A stretch of 59,509 nucleotides of DNA, filler included, from Sphacelaria rigidula (lineage: Eukaryota): assembly GCA_964200075.2 (NCBI GenBank). It is 6 parts of 6 records of this genome, joined end to end, with 100 filler letters (N's around TTAATTAATTAA, not from the genome) between each part and the next. Parts side by side here need not be neighbours in the genome. Positions count along the whole stretch, not along the records: positions 49,676 to 59,509 come from CAXNAA020007666.1; 5 more parts are not named here. One strand, 5' to 3'. Made by a program: the position numbers and the translations under genes. The stretch's first letter is position 1, and the number at the start of each line of letters is the position of its first letter. Shown piece after piece: positions 57,092 to 59,509 of this stretch. Below the pieces are notes generated by a model that saw only the letters and a program-made list of their open reading frames with translations, did not search any database and was not told the origin of the DNA.

Positions 57092-59370
57092 GTACAATCA
57101 ACCCTCTAGACGCGGGGCTCACGAGCGACGAGAAGCGCTTGTTGCTGGCTGGTCGTGAGCGGGGAGCGACGGCATATGATCGGAATCAACCACCGCACTC
57201 GACCCAGTGTCGTGGAGTCAGTGCGTTCAAAGTGCGACAAATAAATGAATATTAATTAAAAAAAAGTGCGACTCACACCTCATATCGCTCACAGCACAGC
57301 GGTGCAATTCAGTACAGCACAACACCACACAGAACAGTACAATTCTACGTACGGCTATCTATATGCGGACCTGTCACTGATGGACGTGAAATCCAGCACC
57401 TTGTCAGGGCAGCGGCAACGTGTCTTGGGGACTTTTGAGTCGAACGCAATCACCACCGATAGGCGTATCTATGCGTGGAGAGATGTTCCACCCAAATCTC
57501 TTTCCACCAGTATCCTGTCAGCGACTACGGCATACCGTAGTGTTTTTTTGTGTACGGCAATTGCTGGCGGCCTGTTCCGCCGACCACGCCTTTCCCAGCC
57601 GTGGCTGGAAGGGGTACGCAAGAGGGGTACAGTGGACTCTGCCACTGCTGTGATACTCGGTCGTCGCCTGAGCGCTGTTCCCGTCGTCTTCCACACTGCT
57701 TGTTGGCGTATTTTCGTTGGTGTGTTGACTGTGTAGGGAGGGTGGGGATTGTACCGAAGGAAATTCGGCCGTGGGGCGTCAGGTATGAAGCGACCCAGTT
57801 CTACATTACAACCACGTCACGCCGAGAATAGCATTTTGATTCCGTACTCGAAGACAGTAATTTTTACCGCCGGAGACCTAGAGTCCCATCAACACCGTAT
57901 TCGCGCAGTGTCATCAGTGACGGGGTTTAATTTCGTGGAAAATCAAACCGACAAACACGTCCCCGACCTTGACCGCTGGACGCTTGTTTCCTCGCCCTCT
58001 GCAGATGAGATCATTTCAAGATCAAACGGGAGAAAAAACACGAGGAAGCACCGCGTTGACACGGTGCCATTAGATCCCAAGGCCCGAGAGGGTCAAGCGT
58101 GTATACACAGTAAAGTTGAAGTCTAATACGATCAGCATGATAGTGTTGATCGAGCGTGTGGATACGACGCGGAATGCAGATGTTCTGAAAAGTGTCCTCA
58201 ATTTCTAGGCAACCCCAGGAGGCGGTCGGCTCAGTTAGGATGGTAACGCTTGAAAACGTTTGACTGGGATACAATCTTGCGTGTATCTGTCAACAACCAT
58301 ATTTGCGCGCGAAGATGGTCCAGATCTTTCGGCTGATACAGCCACTATGCTTCTAAGCTTTGGCTTTTCGAAACCATTGAGATTTTACCAGGATCAACAC
58401 TTTTCCTTCCTTCGGTTCTTCTGTTCGTGGTTTGCATCTATAGATTTGAACGGATCCTTCGACTTTCTAGCTTTCTGCCGTTTGGCACATGCGCCTCCCT
58501 TCCCCCCGCAAGGGACAGAGCTGATTATCGTGTGCCCCCCCCGCCCAGTGTCTCCCCATTATAGTATTTCCACGGGTGAAGGCGACGCACCTCTGTTGCG
58601 TTATGGAATACACTGATAGCGGGTTGAACCCCGGCTTCCCCTGGTGGTGGAATGTAAAGCGCTTGTAGACGGATTGTGGCGGTGCTTCTTGCACGAGGTG
58701 TGGGAGGGACGGGCTCTGATTTTCTTCGCCTCGTGTGATTTTGTTCGTATATAGGAGAGCCTTCCTTTTGTTGCACCTCATAAGCCAAACTGGGGCAAGC
58801 ACATTGCATCAAAGTCACTTCGATGCCGCTGTAGTGAGGGCTCGTCTGGGCGGGCTGGTGTGTTACGAGGTTGGGAGGTGGTACTGATGTTTCAACATGG
58901 GCTTGCTTACGCAGACCAGTAGATCGTGACTTGGGTCCACAGTTGATATGAAGAGCCTTGGCACTTTGTTCCGCCTGTTGATTGATTCAAATGCCGTTCA
59001 TTAAGTGTGCGATGAGGATACCGTGCCCTCCTAGCTTACTCTCATGATGCGTCTATTCAAATTATCGTGTGTTGGTCAGATGACTGTGTGGTAAGTAAGT
59101 CTTCATTCTTATTACTATCTACCCGGAGGAAATTGCGTCAAGAGAGGTGACGGAAACCAGTGAAAGAGGAGGGCGTGAAGCGCCACCCTGTCACGACTCC
59201 CCACGATCCAAAATCTCGTGTTAGCGCACAAGCCGCAACCAGATACGTACTCGAACCAGTTCTCCGATATGGGAATTCAGAACAATTTGCCGTTCATCAA
59301 CCATGAGGAACATTCTGCATAATATTCCTATTATACTTGAATACCCGACAATTTTCCCGGTCATACATCG

Positions 59371-59509
59371 CCGGTCGCCCCGGTGGCTCAGTTGGTACCC
59401 TCGTAACCTTCTGACGGTCGAGTTGTGGGGTTCGATTCCCGGAGCGATCTGGGATTTTGTCTTACACCATGCCCAACAGTGGAGAGTGATTATGTCGTGG
59501 GTACACAGA
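59371..59509 (+). mobile_element. tRNA-derived SINE, 5' part, cut by the window end
   Basis: CCGGTCGCCCCGGTGGCTCAGTTGGTA...GGTTCGATTCCC.GGAGCGATCTGGGATTT. Confidence 0.82.

Noticed and set aside
57737-57782. Alternative rhodanese exon supplying GGWGLY
   Set aside because: Exon C has no phase-0 donor after YNV, so the GG frame cannot be joined.

Overview
Eukaryotic, intron-rich and transposon-dense DNA, most consistent with a brown alga (Phaeophyceae, stramenopile); this taxonomic call is an inference from gene content and style. The window is not one locus. It consists of six unrelated contigs of 9836/9835/9835/9835/9834/9834 bp, sorted by length and joined by 100-bp spacers (N44-TTAATTAATTAA-N44). 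Contig 1 holds three internal exons of SPAG6/PF16 (flagellar central apparatus). Contig 2 holds an FNIP/LRR-like 22-aa repeat gene and a 26-bp minisatellite. Contig 3 holds an exon of a GDAP2-like BCH/CRAL-TRIO protein. Contig 4 holds a divergent gene pair, one member encoding a disordered protein with a KEN box, D-box-like motif and C-terminal MR tail (candidate APC/C regulator). Contig 5 holds a decayed chromodomain Ty3/Gypsy LTR retrotransposon with nested DNA-transposon insertions. Contig 6 holds three exons of an atypical rhodanese. Throughout are tRNA-derived SINEs, TTAA (piggyBac-like) MITEs, 4-bp-TSD MITEs and foldback elements. The most unusual signal is a non-LTR retroelement family ending in oligo(C) rather than poly(A). 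It inserts at C-runs with 15-17 bp TSDs and repeatedly leaves ~40-nt copies truncated just 3' of a GAAA-tetraloop hairpin.
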